From contig OX597822.1 in the NCBI GenBank assembly GCA_951406725.2, positions 43,420,001 to 43,482,000 of the forward strand: DNA of 62,000 nt, written 5' to 3'. Below the pieces are notes generated by a model. That model searched no databases. It worked only from the letters and a program-made list of their open reading frames with translations, and was not told the DNA's origin. Every line of letters starts with the position of its first letter. The stretch's first letter is position 1. Both the position numbers and the translations under genes were made by a program. Source of the DNA: Octopus vulgaris (lineage: Eukaryota). This document shows, piece after piece, positions 1 through 12,618 of this stretch.

Positions 1-545
1 GCGGTCGTCGGCATCTTCACCATCTCATCCGGCAGCTTATTCCATGGATCCGCAACCCGGACGGAGAAAGCCCCTCTCCTTCGATTGAGATGAAATCGTC
101 GCAGATAGAGCTTTTCGGAATGACCCCGCAGCCGACGCTCTGGAGCAGGAGTGAAGAACAGCTCCTTCGAGAGGTTACACTTTCCGCTTATGATGTTGTG
201 AGCAAGAATGAGATCACCACAGCGAGAATAAAGGTCGAGCGTCTTCAGCCTTTCTTCATAAGACAAATTCTTGAGACCAAGAACCATGCGGGTAGCCAGC
301 TTCTGGACTCTTTCGAGATGCTGTATGTCTTTGAGGAGATAAGGAGAAGAGGCTTGAATCCCGTACTCCAATATGGGTCTCACCAGCGTGACATAGAGCG
401 GTAGGAATATGGCTGCTGTGAGCATTCCGAATGATCGTCGAATCAAGAACAGAACTCCGCGTGGTTTGTTGGCAGCATGGACGCACTGGGCCGAAGGCGA
501 AAAGGTGGAATCCACCAAGATACCCAGGTCCTTTACCTGATCGGT
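1..545 (-). mobile_element. CR1-clade LINE ORF2 C-terminal fragment (runs off window start)
   Basis: Manual minus-strand translation (not in ORF track): QVKDLGILVDSTFSPSAQC...LYVTLVRPILEYGIQASSPYL...HLERVQKLATRMV...SYEERLKTLDLYS...RGHSEKL...FSVRVADPWNKLPDEMV, typical of the post-RT region of CR1/L2-type ORF2. Confidence 0.85.
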
Positions 546-799
546 CCTCAGGCGACAAACATGACGCCCATAGTTGGATACTCTCCATAGCGCTAGAGAG
601 AACGGCTTGTTTATAGCGCATAGTTATACTCACCGGCATGTTCTGCGTACTTTTTCATTCGGTTTTATAACCAAAAATGTATTAGCAGGCTTCCCAAAAG
701 ATATTGTTTGACATATTAGCCAAAAAATATGACATTCAAGGGAAGATGGGAAAAAATTGTAAATTTGTTTCATGCAATGTAATACACGTATAGATAAAG

Positions 800-814
800 A
801 CACATACACATACG

Positions 815-881
<67 letters not shown>

Positions 882-995
882 ACACAAGCAGTGGCACACG
901 CTTACGCAAACATTCGCGAGATGAAATGAAAACACGAACTACTTACAGAAAAACCGAATCGATAAAAGTGCATGTATATATACATATATACATAT

Positions 996-1078
<83 letters not shown>

Positions 1079-1278
1079 CATATATAATAGAGATATAATA
1101 TATATATATATATATACATGTATTTATACATATATATATATAATATATATAAATAGATAGAAAGATACTATAAGTATGTATATGCTGACACAAATATATA
1201 ATCATAAATACATACATATTTATATATATTAAGTATACATATGTTATATATACATACTAACATACACACACACACACA

Positions 1279-1314
<36 letters not shown>

Positions 1315-1375
1315 TATATATATATATATATATATACATACATAGATATGTGGATGTATATATTTATACAATATG

Positions 1376-1410
<35 letters not shown>

Positions 1411-1576
1411 TATATATCTGTCTCTCTATATATCTAGATCTTCCTTTATGTATATAAAATCATATAATATGCCTACACATACAAACACATAATCATACTT
1501 GCATACAATGTGAGAGAACGAATGAATGGGAGTGTACGTACGAATAATGGAAAGATACATACATTAACAAGATATG

Positions 1577-1623
<47 letters not shown>

Positions 1624-1700
1624 GTGTTATGTGTGTGCGTGTGTGCGTGTGTGCGTGTGTGGATGTGTGTATGTATGTATATGTAAAGCGAAAGTGTATA
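800..1700. repeat. Compound (CA)n/(TA)n/(TATG)n microsatellite tract
   Basis: Direct reading; source of the YI/CV-rich pseudo-ORFs. Confidence 0.95.
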
Positions 1701-2329
1701 CATTAAATTTCTCTATTGGCTGGATGTTGTTCAATACAGAACTAATATATAACAGGCACTGACTACAAATAACCCAACACACCACAGCCGTCGCCACCAC
1801 CACCACCACCATCAGTACCACCTCCAACACCAGCAACACTATCATCACTGCTACCACCACCACCACCAACCACAACGCCTACAACAATTACTACAACCTC
1901 TAAGCACAACACCAACACATACGCACACACACACGCACACACATCACCAAAGGCATTCCTCTATGATAAACAATTGTTTTCCTATTTACATAGCTCCGTA
2001 ATGACAGGAATATCTGACAGTATCTCAAAAATCTAATAACAAAAGGACGATCAAAATAAATTTTCATATATAACGACGACAACAACAAGAGCTACAACAA
2101 CAAGAACAAGAACAACATAATCGATAAGTACAACGGCAGTATCATTATTATCGACACAATCAATAACAAGAACAAGAAGATGATATAAAGAACAAGGCAA
2201 CGCTGGGTAGAAGGGAAAACTGTTTAAAAAGGAAGAAAATAAAATTGAAGGAAAATAAAAAAAATATACAAAACGGTTTGAACGGGATATAAATTTATAC
2301 TTGCTTGTTATATGAAAAACAGTCATTTT

Positions 2330-2396
<67 letters not shown>

Positions 2397-2580
2397 CCCC
2401 CCCTTTTTTTTAAACCCCCCTTTTTTTTGTCCTCTTTCTCTCCTTTTACGATCCCTTTTGATCGAAACTCCCCTTCCTTTTTTTTTTTTTTTTTTTTTCT
2501 TTCTTAAACCTTCAAAAGAAAAGCTCTACCTTGTAATTTGTTCTATCTGTGTGCAGCCCTGTGTGGCTAATAAAGAAACA

Positions 2581-2679
<99 letters not shown>

Positions 2680-2680
2680 T
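2330..2680 (+). mobile_element. Short 3'UTR fragment (2396-2580) of Tx1-like LINE flanked on both sides by (TATC)n
   Basis: 2396-2580 aligns by eye with 37450-37597 (ccttttacgatcccttttgatcgaaa...ccttgtaatttg...cagccctgtgtggctaataaagaaaca), both followed directly by (TATC)n. Confidence 0.75.
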
Positions 2681-2775
2681 CCATCTGTTTTTTCCCTATA
2701 TCTATATATCTACCTAGCCTTTTCTCTAATACATACATGCTTACACACACACGCATACACACACACACACACACA

Positions 2776-3918
2776 CAGGGTACGATAGGTAAATTGTCGC
2801 CATATTATGTTTTTAATTTAAAGCATGCGCATTGTTTGTTTGTTTGATTTGGGCGACTACACGGTATAGTAGGGTCAGTTGGGCACGTCTGTGAGAAGAA
2901 CAGTACCAAGACGCAATTCAGTCTGCCAGAAATTTGGCAACGACATGCTGTAGTGCTTGGCATTCTCGCCATAATCTCCAATACGAACATTTCTAAGTAC
3001 TTGGTTGTCAATCTAAGGACTGTGTGGACGATTTGGAATGAGTTGGATGAGTTTAATAATGATTACGATGGTACGGTAGCTCGGAAAACTCATTCTGAAT
3101 TTGTTGGTGAGATCCTGACCATGATTGAAAATGATCCCTCCAAGTCAATCGAGTCCATCGCCAGGGACATGGGAGTGTCTGAGTATCTTATCAGAAGACA
3201 TTTGGTATTCATTATACGAGATGAGAAAGGATCGATTTTTATCGCAAGCCATCAAGGACAAGAGGAAAGTCCATGTTACGAAGCTTTTGAACAAATACAA
3301 GCATCCCCTCCAACTGAACATACTTTGGTTTGTTTCAGACGAGAAACATTTCTGCCAGGATCAGATGGTGATTACACAGAAAAAGGGTTGGCTTGCCGTG
3401 TCCCCTCAGACACAATACGGAAGCCTACATCAAGTGCCTGGAGGAGGTGGTGCTGTTCTACGTCAACAAAGTGGCTCCTGAAACACCATATGTCTGACAT
3501 CTGCACCATGCCAAAAGAAAGAGAACCCAGTCATGGCTGTGAGACAATTTCTGCAACCACATCACCCTTAATATCTGGCCACCCAATTCCCCAGACTTCA
3601 GCCTACTTGATTATTATGTGAAGGGCACAGTTGAGCAAGAGACCAACAAAACTCCTTGTAATACCAAAGATGAACTGAAGGCAAGGATTATGGCAGGATT
3701 CACCAACATAAACAAGGAGACCATCCAGAAGAGTTGCAGGAGATTCTGAAGTGGTCTGGAGGCCGTGGTTGAAGCCAATGGCGATTTTGTTTAATAAAGT
3801 TACTCTTTAGTATTTCAAGATGTTTTTATATAATTTTGGTAAATATTTCTGTTAAAATGAGATGTCAGTGTTATTTTCATTTCTGCGCAATTGATAGGAC
3901 AACTTATTCACTGCAACT

Positions 3919-3920
<2 letters not shown>
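2776..3920 (+). mobile_element. Degraded Tc1/mariner transposon, DD37D (maT)-like, with frameshifted transposase pseudogene (~2900-3794)
   Basis: Frames give HTH-like SIARDMGVSEYLIR, WFVSDEKHF, SAPC..RTQSWL, WPPNSPDFSLLDY, LEAVVEANGDF*. The spacing to the last D fits 37 aa, although the middle D codon is lost. Degenerate TIRs at 2776 and 3920. Confidence 0.8.
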
Positions 3921-3968
<48 letters not shown>

Positions 3969-3969
<1 letters not shown>

Positions 3970-4360
3970 TAGCAGTATCGCCCGGCGTTGCTCGGGTTTG
4001 TAAGGGAAATAACTATATAAGTATTTTTAGAGATGTAAAATATAATAGCCATCTCAATATGGTTAACCACAAAGGGGGGGTGTTACTGTAGCTTTTTAGG
4101 TTCTGAGATTTAATCATAAATTTTTAGAGTTACTTCCCTTATACATGCCAAAAATGCATTAAAAATGGGAAAAATTGATGGTATTTTTTTTTAAATCGTA
4201 GACTCATCGTAGACGCGCGCTAATACCCAGAAGGGCTCGATATGAATCATGACTATAAGATACCCGGTTTTGGTTAAACTGCACCGCAAAATATGGGAGT
4301 AGTTAGGAATCTAAATCGTAGGAGACAGACAGCACACAACCTCACTTTTATATATAAAGA
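3969..4360 (-). mobile_element. Non-autonomous Helitron
   Basis: Minus strand starts TCTTTATATATAAAAG and ends CCCGAGCAACGCCGGGCGATACTGCTAG|T (GC-rich subterminal hairpin plus CTAG) in (TA)n; homologous to 31363-31855. Confidence 0.75.
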
Positions 4361-4452
4361 AGTCATACATACATATACATACAAACATGCATACATACAC
4401 ACACACACACACACACACACATACTCACCCCCCACACACACACACATATAGA

Positions 4453-4605
4453 TAACGGGCTTCTTTCAGTCTTTGTTTACCAAATACACTCACAAGGCTT
4501 TGGTCGGCTCGAAGTTATAATGGAAAACACTTGTACAAGGTGCCACGCAGTGGCACTGAACCCGGAACCATGTGACTGGGAAGCAAGGTACCACACAGAC
4601 ACAAC
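4453..4605 (-). mobile_element. tRNA-derived SINE family B (partial)
   Basis: Matches 8964-9120 (ggttccgggttcagt...ttgggcaagt...gaaactgaaagaagcccgt). Confidence 0.75.
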
Positions 4606-4830
4606 CAGTATATATATATATTTATACGTATATTTATCCGAATATTCTGCATAAATATATTCTTTTTGTGGATCAATAATGCAAACCATTGGTTTTACGC
4701 GGAAATTTCTCCACCGTTTCTAGCGTTTCACTTAACAATATTGGCAATGGGCCTTCCTGTCGGATGAAAAAAAAATACACGCACGTCAGATGAAAAATAA
4801 TGCGAGCGCACTTCTCTCTCTCTCTCTATG

Positions 4831-4924
<94 letters not shown>

Positions 4925-5133
4925 TATATATATACACACACATATATATAAATATATATATATATATACAGTTCTATATTTAAGAGATGGGGAATTATGT
5001 ATAGTATTTACCTTATTTACATTTAACGGATATATATATATATGTATATATATATATAAAATGTGACCGCGTGTGTACCGTTGGCAATTTTTTTCCTCTG
5101 TCTTCCCTTTTCTGGATCTTTCTCTGGATGTTA

Positions 5134-5244
5134 CCGACGAAGAGCTCCGCTCGAAACGTTTCCTTCTTTCCTGAGCGTCCAATAATACTATATTTGTTCC
5201 ACGTCCTCGCGTTGTTGTGTTTTTTTGTGATTTCATGTTTGGAT

Positions 5245-5290
<46 letters not shown>

Positions 5291-5725
5291 AATTTTATAG
5301 GAAGACAAAAGACAAAGACAGGTGTATAAACAACAAACAGGTGTATTAGTTTGACTTTCGGGAGGGTGAGAAATTGTTTTAAGTTTCGAGCCTAGGCTCT
5401 TCAACAGAAAGGAGAATATAAACAGAGGGGGAATATAAAAAAAAAAAAATTGGCGCTAGCTGTCAACATGTGTGTTTGTGTACATGTATTAAATTTGCGT
5501 TAAACCGTGCTAATGTGAAGGAAGGGTGTCTGTTTTAATCGAGCATTTGCGTTAGCCGATGCTAGTAGTAAATACGATGCTGGACACTTACATTATGCAA
5601 ATTAGTTGTTCCACTTTTCTGTATCTAGTGTACCTGTTGAGTATATAAGCAAATTGGCTGCTTACTTCTCTGATTTTGGTCAAATGATGCAGATGCCTCT
5701 GATGAGAATCCAATAAGATTCAAAA
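5134..5725. ncRNA. Three degenerate hammerhead-ribozyme-like cores (probable Penelope-like element terminal relics)
   Basis: 5134-5157(+) CCGACGA-A-GAGC-TCC-GCTC-GAAAC; 5383-5407(-) CTGTTGA-A-GAGC-CTAG-GCTC-GAAAC; 5699-5725(+) CTGATGA-GAATC-CAATAA-GATTC-AAAA. Each has one core mismatch. Confidence 0.45.
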
Positions 5726-5774
5726 TTCAATTAAGGGTCTTAATTAATTACTTTTCACTCTAGGGATAAACAGC

Positions 5775-6175
5775 TTAATTCTTATTTCTTTCCTGCCCAC
5801 AAGGGCCTACACACAGATGGGACAAACGGATTAAGTCGTTTATATCGACCCCAGTGCGAAACTGGTACTTATTTAATCGACCCCGAAAGGATGAAAGGCA
5901 AAGTCGACCTCGGCGGAATTTTAACTCAGAACGTAACGACAGACGAAATACCTATTTCTTTATTACCCACAAGGGGCTAAACATAGAGGGGACAAACAAG
6001 GATAGACATAGGTATTAAGTCGATTACATCGACCCCAGTGCGTAACTAGTACTTAATTTATTGACCCCGAAAGGATGAAAGGCAAAGTCGACCTCGGCGG
6101 AATTTGAACTCAGAACGTAGCGGCAGATGAAATACCGCTAAGCATTTCGTCCGGCGTGCTAACGTTCTGCCAGCC
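5775..6175 (-). mobile_element. Tandem pair of SINE family A (tail type 1)
   Basis: Two head-to-tail copies with ctgagttcaaattccgccgaggtcgactttgcctttcatcctttcggggtcgat core and aataaagaaata tail. Confidence 0.85.
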
Positions 6176-6539
6176 CTTCTTATTGAAGTACTATATAGGT
6201 TAGATATATTTATATTTGTGTGTGTAAGTGTGTGATTATATATATACCTGAGCTTAACATGTTATATAATAACATTATTGAAAATGCTATACGCATCATA
6301 TAACTCTATAAATTTTATAAACAATATGAAAAACAAATATGTTTCGGTGGGGTGCTGCATACCCCGGGCTCACGTAAGAGTAAAATAAAATTTAATTCAA
6401 TAAACATATTCTCAGGCGAATTCATATTTCAACAAAATGACATCAAGAGTTATTTCCCTGCTTGTCGTTTATGCATATGCAACAAAGAAAAAAAATCATT
6501 TTAACTCACCCGTCCGCCAGCTTTGAAGATAAACAAACC

Positions 6540-6690
6540 AAAATAATGAGTTGGAGCAACTCACCCAATGAGCATTTCTGCCAAGTTTGGTGAAAATCCG
6601 CTCAGCCGTTTTCCAGCAATTTTGAAAACACACAGACAAAGACGAGGAACTACAGTATCCTGCTATCGCTTACGCGCGCAGTGTAATTAT
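6540..6690 (+). mobile_element. Possible DINE-1/Helentron-like non-autonomous fragment
   Basis: aagtttggtgaaaatccg...cagccgttt...acagacaaa followed by terminal hairpin ctgc...gcagtgtaa; no clear 5' end. Confidence 0.3.
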
Positions 6691-7421
6691 ATAGCATTGC
6701 AGTATAAACAAATTTTTTGATGTGAATAACGTGAAATATCAATTTCCTTTCCCTATTGTAGGACTGACATGAGCTTGTCGGATTAAGGTAGATGTATTAA
6801 TTCGCAGACTTGTTTTTACCAGTTCATAATGCTTCTGCAGTGGTCCCTTAGACTCACTGCGGTCTAAGGTGACTCAAGTAGGGCTGAATTAACAGTAGGT
6901 GAGGCATCATTACCTTTCCCCTGTCTTCTGATGCGTGCAATCAAAATACATTTCAACGAATCTTTTAAAATCTCTTCTACTTCCAAAGTGTACGGAAGAT
7001 TTTTTTCAACCATTGGCTAAAGTTTTTCTCATTACATAATGTTCGTAAGCTGAACGAAGCAGACTTGAATAATTGTTTGCGTGTGGCTTCATTGTGGCTA
7101 GGATGTTGTTGCTCTCAAGATCTTAAGATCGAGATTTTGATCACCAGACTGGGCGTTGTATTGTGGTCTTCAGCAAACACATCATTTCAAGCTGGCTCAG
7201 TCCACTCTGTAGTAAATGAGTAACTCTGCGGCAGACGAAATCCTATCATCTTCCGCTGAAGGTGGGGGGGAGGCTGTGATTTCCATCACTTAATTGTCAT
7301 GGAGACTGGGTGACCGGCCATATGAGTCCTGAGACACAAGACAATAATGACCAGGGGACGATGATGAAGAAGGACGAGCCAAGTTATAGACGACGGATTG
7401 ATGTAATTTGCTTTCAATTCA

Positions 7422-7510
7422 ATATAAGACATCCCCCGAAAATAAGCCCTAATGCGCTTTGGGGATGCAAAATTAATATAAGACCGGGTCTTATTTTCGG
7501 GCAAACACGG
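7422..7510 (-). mobile_element. pogo/Tigger-like MITE terminus
   Basis: Minus strand TA-CCGTGTTTGCCCGAAAATAAGACC...GGGCTTATTTTCGGGG; other end not found. Confidence 0.5.
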
Positions 7511-8249
7511 TATACCAGTTTAGTAGGTGACGTTCTATAAAACAACTTAACTTCCGGTGCCTCGTAACTTTTCTTCGCATTTCTCTGGTTAAATGCAATA
7601 TTAAAGACTTTCAACAACACATATGCATTAAGTGTGACACACGGATTGCCTGTTTGAACTAATATTGCTTTCGTCGCTAATAACAAATTTCTTATTCAGC
7701 CTAGCGGATAAATGCGACATCAATGACCTTTCAGTCACTGCTTAGCTATATCAGCCAGTAACCAATTTTCGTTTAGTAAGCGACACCAGTAGATACTTAG
7801 GGAAGCAGAAATCCGGATTTAGCAACTCTACAACCGCCGTTTGTACCTTTTCACACTATATTGTCTTATAAGAGAACGCTTTTCTTGAGACAGATACCGC
7901 ATTTTAGAAAGCGTTGCACAGACACATACACACACAAACACACACACACACGCACACACACACACACACGCGCGCGCATACAGACATACATATGTATGTG
8001 TGTATATGAATTTGTGTTGCAAGATTCCTTATGTGAAGACGTGTGTTGAAACAGATATTGTTGTATTTCGGAACGGTCCTTTTTTTTCTTTGCCAAATAC
8101 ACACACGCACTATATATTCATTCTTCACTCGTTTATTACTGACCTTATTCTAACTCATGTCCAGTGTGCGGAAAATTTCGTCACACATCTGTGACCACCT
8201 CAGTGACACTTTCCGTTTTCGTTTGTGCTTATTCCATATATATATATAT

Positions 8250-8929
8250 GATTGATTGATTGATTGATTGATTGATTCTAGTTTCAGCTCACGAGCTGTG
8301 GCCATGCTGGGGCACCGCCATTTGGTGTTGCTACATGGTTTTACTTCACGAATGCTTTTTAGCAACTGCTATTTGGTGCATGAGAGAGTTCGATGCAGCT
8401 GCCCTCATCTGCACCTCCTGCCGTGAAGTTGGTTCATCTGGGATACCTGACAAGAAGAGATCCAGTTTCATTTTAAAGAAATCTGCATCCACCCCACGCA
8501 GGTCTCTTAGGTTCTTCGGGAGGATATTGAAGAGCTGTGGGCCTCGGAAGCCCAGGCTATCACAGTATCTTGTCCTACATCTTGATGGCAAATTTGGAGT
8601 CCTAGGCACCACGCAGTGGCGCCCAGTTCTGGCATTTGTGTAACTCTCGATGCCAAAGTTTGGGACAAGTCCCCCCAGTATCTTCCAGATGTATATCATG
8701 GCATATCTCTCTCGCCTACGCTCCAAGGAATAGAGTTTTAATCTCTTGAGTCTTTCCCAGTAGCTTATATTCTGCACAGAGGCTATCTTCTTCGTGTAGC
8801 TACGTTGGATCGCCTCAAGTTCTGTGATCAACTTGACACTGGATGGTGACCATAGCTGAGAGCAATAGTCAAAGTGGCTTAGGACAAGTGTCCTCCAGAG
8901 GACCATCATGGTTTCTTGTTCTCTTGTTC
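8250..8929 (-). mobile_element. CR1-clade LINE, 5'-truncated 3' fragment with (AATC)n tail
   Basis: ORF 8346-8909: LVLSHFDYCSQLWSP...YWERLKRLKLYSLERRRERY...GPQLFNILP; short 3'UTR then (AATC)n at 8250-8277. Confidence 0.9.
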
Positions 8930-8963
8930 TATATATATGTGTGTATGTATAGTCATACGCACA

Positions 8964-9119
8964 GGAGTGGCTGTGTGGTAAGTAGCTTGCTTACCAACCA
9001 CATGGTTCCGGGATCAGTCCCACAGCGTGACACCTTGGGCAAGTGTCTTGTATTATAGCCTCGGGCCGACCAAAGCCTTGTGAGTGGATTTGGTAGACGG
9101 AAACTGAAAGAAGCCCGTC

Positions 9120-9150
<31 letters not shown>
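8964..9150 (+). mobile_element. tRNA-derived SINE family B
   Basis: Head GGAGTGGCTGTGTGGTAAG (A-box-like), GGTTCCGGGATCAGTCCC (B-box-like), body ending gaagcccgtcg(TA)n. Confidence 0.8.
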
Positions 9151-9154
<4 letters not shown>

Positions 9155-9459
9155 TATATAAAGAGACGTGACTTCGATGCTGCGGTCTGTGAGTCTTCGG
9201 TGGATTAGTTTGCCGGCCGAACCTTCCGAGTCAATATGACACCCTTCTTTGTGTAAAGGTATCATAAGTATATATTTTACAAAAAGGTATTGAATAATAC
9301 ATCAGTCTAAAGTTCAATTGTTTTAATATAATTCGACATATGGCCGTGACTGGCAGAAGAATTAGAACGACGGACAAAATATTTCCCGTCAATTCATTCG
9401 CACTTACGATCTGACCGGAGAATTCGAGAACCCAATACACTAACCAATAGACTACGCGC

Positions 9460-9712
9460 CATGCATTCATATATGTGTTCGATACATACATGCATACATG
9501 CATACATACATTCATACATACATACATGCATGCATATGTATATATATATATATATATATATACAACCACACACATACATAGACACACAGACACACATATA
9601 TTTCACCATATATATATGTGCGTGTGTGTGTAAACGTGTGCGGTATGTGCGTGTGTGTTTGCATACATAACGATATTGCATCGTGTGTGTGTATATAAAT
9701 ATATACATAACA

Positions 9713-9750
<38 letters not shown>

Positions 9751-9802
9751 ATACAGATACACATACACATATATATATATACATGCATACATACATATAT
9801 TC

Positions 9803-9865
<63 letters not shown>
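9460..9865. repeat. (TACA)n/(TA)n/(CA)n microsatellite tract
   Basis: Direct reading. Confidence 0.95.
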
Positions 9866-9866
<1 letters not shown>

Positions 9867-10461
9867 CACTACGTTTTAATGCTTGCCAAACTGTTTTCTA
9901 TCTGAAAGTCTAATCTTTATTAGTTATTACATAAAATATTTATAACATATTAATAGCATTTCGGCATATTTAGTGTCGTGCTGTGAAATAATAATTACTA
10001 AAGGGTTGTAACCTCATATATATATATATATATATATATATTTATTATCATTATTTCTGGTGGGGTGGAAGTGGGTGTTATAGAGTGCGGCCGACCGTTA
10101 GATGGCAGCAGCGTGATATGCTTAAAGACTTTCATTTTTCTTTCTGTTTTTCGTCAGACTTGCGTGTGATTGTCACATTTTTTTTCTAAGTACGACCAAC
10201 CGTCATTCGCGTGTGAATATGGCTTGTTGACATGCACCCAGAGTATCATGCAATTTTTTTTTTTTTTTTCGATTTTGATTTCCTTCCGATTATCTCATCA
10301 TCTACATCAGTGGTTCTCTACCAGAGTCCATACGGCCCTTAGGGGTCGACAGAAGATTTTGTTTGTTAAAAATTATATGCAAGAAATTGTTTATACTTCT
10401 ACAACCCACAAAATATTTCAACAATTTTTTTTTAATACAGTATCTAATAATATTAATTATA

Positions 10462-10545
10462 AGGTGGCGAGCTGGCAGAAACGTTAGCACGTCGGGCGAA
10501 ATGTTTAGCGGTATTTAGTCTGCTGCTACGTTCTGAGTTCAAATT
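10462..10545 (+). mobile_element. SINE family A, 5' part only
   Basis: ggcgagctggcagaaacgttagcacg...ctgagttcaaatt, truncated at the junction with the ORF1 element. Confidence 0.75.
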
Positions 10546-12397
10546 TAATGGTATGAAATGAATATAAAAGTATGAATGAGGGAAACGAACGGCGCCCGCC
10601 GATCGCCAGCCTCTTTCACTATTTTCCGCTCAGCCGGCATCCGACCAAGCTCAAAGCTACACTTAAGCACACCGATAGTGCCAGGTCAGGGCGCCTTAAT
10701 CGGAAGCGGAATACATCTTCTGGGAGGGAGTTTATTACCTTGAAAAGATCCATATCTGAGTTGACCTCCACATCCACCTGCGGAAGCCATCCAGGATCTT
10801 TAATGCAGGTTATGTCTCCTCCCCTAGCAAACTTTTTAGTAAACTTTCCCACCGCCTCTTCCCTGTGGAAGAAGACCAAAAATTCTTCCTCCACATGGGT
10901 CGAGGCCATAACTTCCACCGTCGGTGTCACAAATTCCCACCGGCAGGTCTTCGGAACATTCCGGCAGTGTATTAACCGCCGGCACTGCCCCGTTTTTCTT
11001 CTTTTCTTCCCCTTTGCTACGAGAGGGTGTAGTTCATCCGCTTTAACCGGATGATCTTCCCTCCCGCAGTCTTGGGGTCCTTGGGTGGACAACCATTGTT
11101 GTCCACCTTTTTCCTTTTTTTCCCCTTTTTTTCGGGAAGGTATCCACTGCCTCCATCTCTCCCTCCGAAAGAGTCGGTGGAGGTTCTTCCATAACTAATT
11201 GTTCCAGGACCGTACCTTGGTCCTGGAGAGAGCTCTTTTTAATGTGGCCTGATTCCAGGCACAGGTGACACTTGGAGTGGGGGGCGTCCCCCAAGAATCA
11301 CCGGATACCTACAACCATTTTAAGAAAATCTGGAAACACCAGATTCTTGGCTGATTGGGTCCACAGGGTCAAAACAACTTTTGACCCCACCCAATCAGCC
11401 GCAGGCATAATTTTGACACTGAGGAGCTTGGCTCCGCAGGCACCCAGAGCCCGGCGGGTAGCGTCTTCTGTCCACTCGGGTTCTATACCGGGTGACAACC
11501 CGCAGACCCAAGCCTTTGTCAACTTCTTCCCACAATACGTGTAAAGAAACAATATATCTTCGCCCTCTAAGGGCTGACTTGCAAAATTGCGAGCTTCTCC
11601 ACGAGTGTCAAATAGCGACCACACCGTCGCATATTTGACACCCATGGAAATAAATTTTATAGTTGGTATGTATTCCGCCAACTCTCTCTATATATCAATC
11701 TTTTTGAAGTGGGTGATGGAGTACATCCGCAGCACCACCGTCCTCTCCTCAAGACTTTTTATGTCTGGGTAGGGCAATTTCTCACTCCAATACATTATCA
11801 GCTTTCTTTGCCATGTTTTTAAGTTCAAAAAAGTCAAACACAAGTTCAAAAAAGTTTGAAGAAAAAAGAAGACGGAAGAATGAAGGAAGACAATTCAAAA
11901 CACAGCAGAATTCAATAAAGCACAATTCCGGCCGACAGTACTCCTGGCTTAGGGTAATCCACTAGCAGGAACAGAACTCCATAAATTGGTACAATTGCAC
12001 GAATTTCACAACTTTTCGGTAAAATCCACAAATTTCACAATTTTTGGTACAATTCCACGAATTTCACAACTTTTTCTTAAAATCCACAAATTTCACAACT
12101 TTTGGTAAAATTCCACGAATTTCACAAATTCTTTTGGAGGTAAGACACGCCCCCAAAACAACAATTCTCACACAAAGTGAGTCACTTAGCGCGACTGCAA
12201 GCAGACAAATGTCCGCGACCCAGTGAGGATTTCTTATTTGCAAAAAGAAAAACAATATCAAATAACAAAACCCCGCTAAATCCACCCCGCAAAAGCCTAC
12301 CTTACAGTAGCGCCTTCAACGTTCTTCAATTCAAGAGCGCTGCGAAAGCAACGTCTTGAAAATACCAGTGTAGCAGTAACTGACTAACGCATGTGCA
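10546..12397 (-). mobile_element. L1/Tx1-like non-LTR retrotransposon 5' portion: 5'UTR plus disrupted ORF1 (~11814-10619)
   Basis: Joined frames: RTVVLRMYS...FISMGVKYATVWSLFDTRGEARNF...KAWVCGLSPGIEPEW...FPDFLK, then CHLCLESGHIKKS (degenerate CCHC knuckle) and a basic KKRGKKGKR stretch; stops and frameshifts; no ORF2 recognisable. Confidence 0.6.
11988..12130. repeat. Five ~29-bp tandem monomers (alternating A/B) in the putative LINE 5'UTR
   Basis: Units ggtacaatt(g/c)cacgaatttcacaactttt alternate with ggtaaaatccacaaatttcacaa(c/t)tttt. Confidence 0.85.
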
Positions 12398-12618
12398 GTA
12401 AGTGAGCTACTTACCACACAGCCACTCTTGCTAGTATACTTATAGTTTTTCTCTATCGGTTTCTTTCTATCCCAAGCTTATCCTTGAATTGTGCGGTCTA
12501 TTTACTCCTTAGGCAGGTTTAGGGGTTTACAAGGTATCAAGATGTGTTACTACACTGGTGGGCTTGAGCAACTTAATTCAAGAAATCAGCTCTCCAACTT
12601 CTGTACACATAAGCGTTA

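Noticed and set aside
90-639. ORFs 90-404(+), 256-639(-), 431-616(+)
   Set aside because: Shadow frames of the CR1 fragment encoded in another minus-strand frame.
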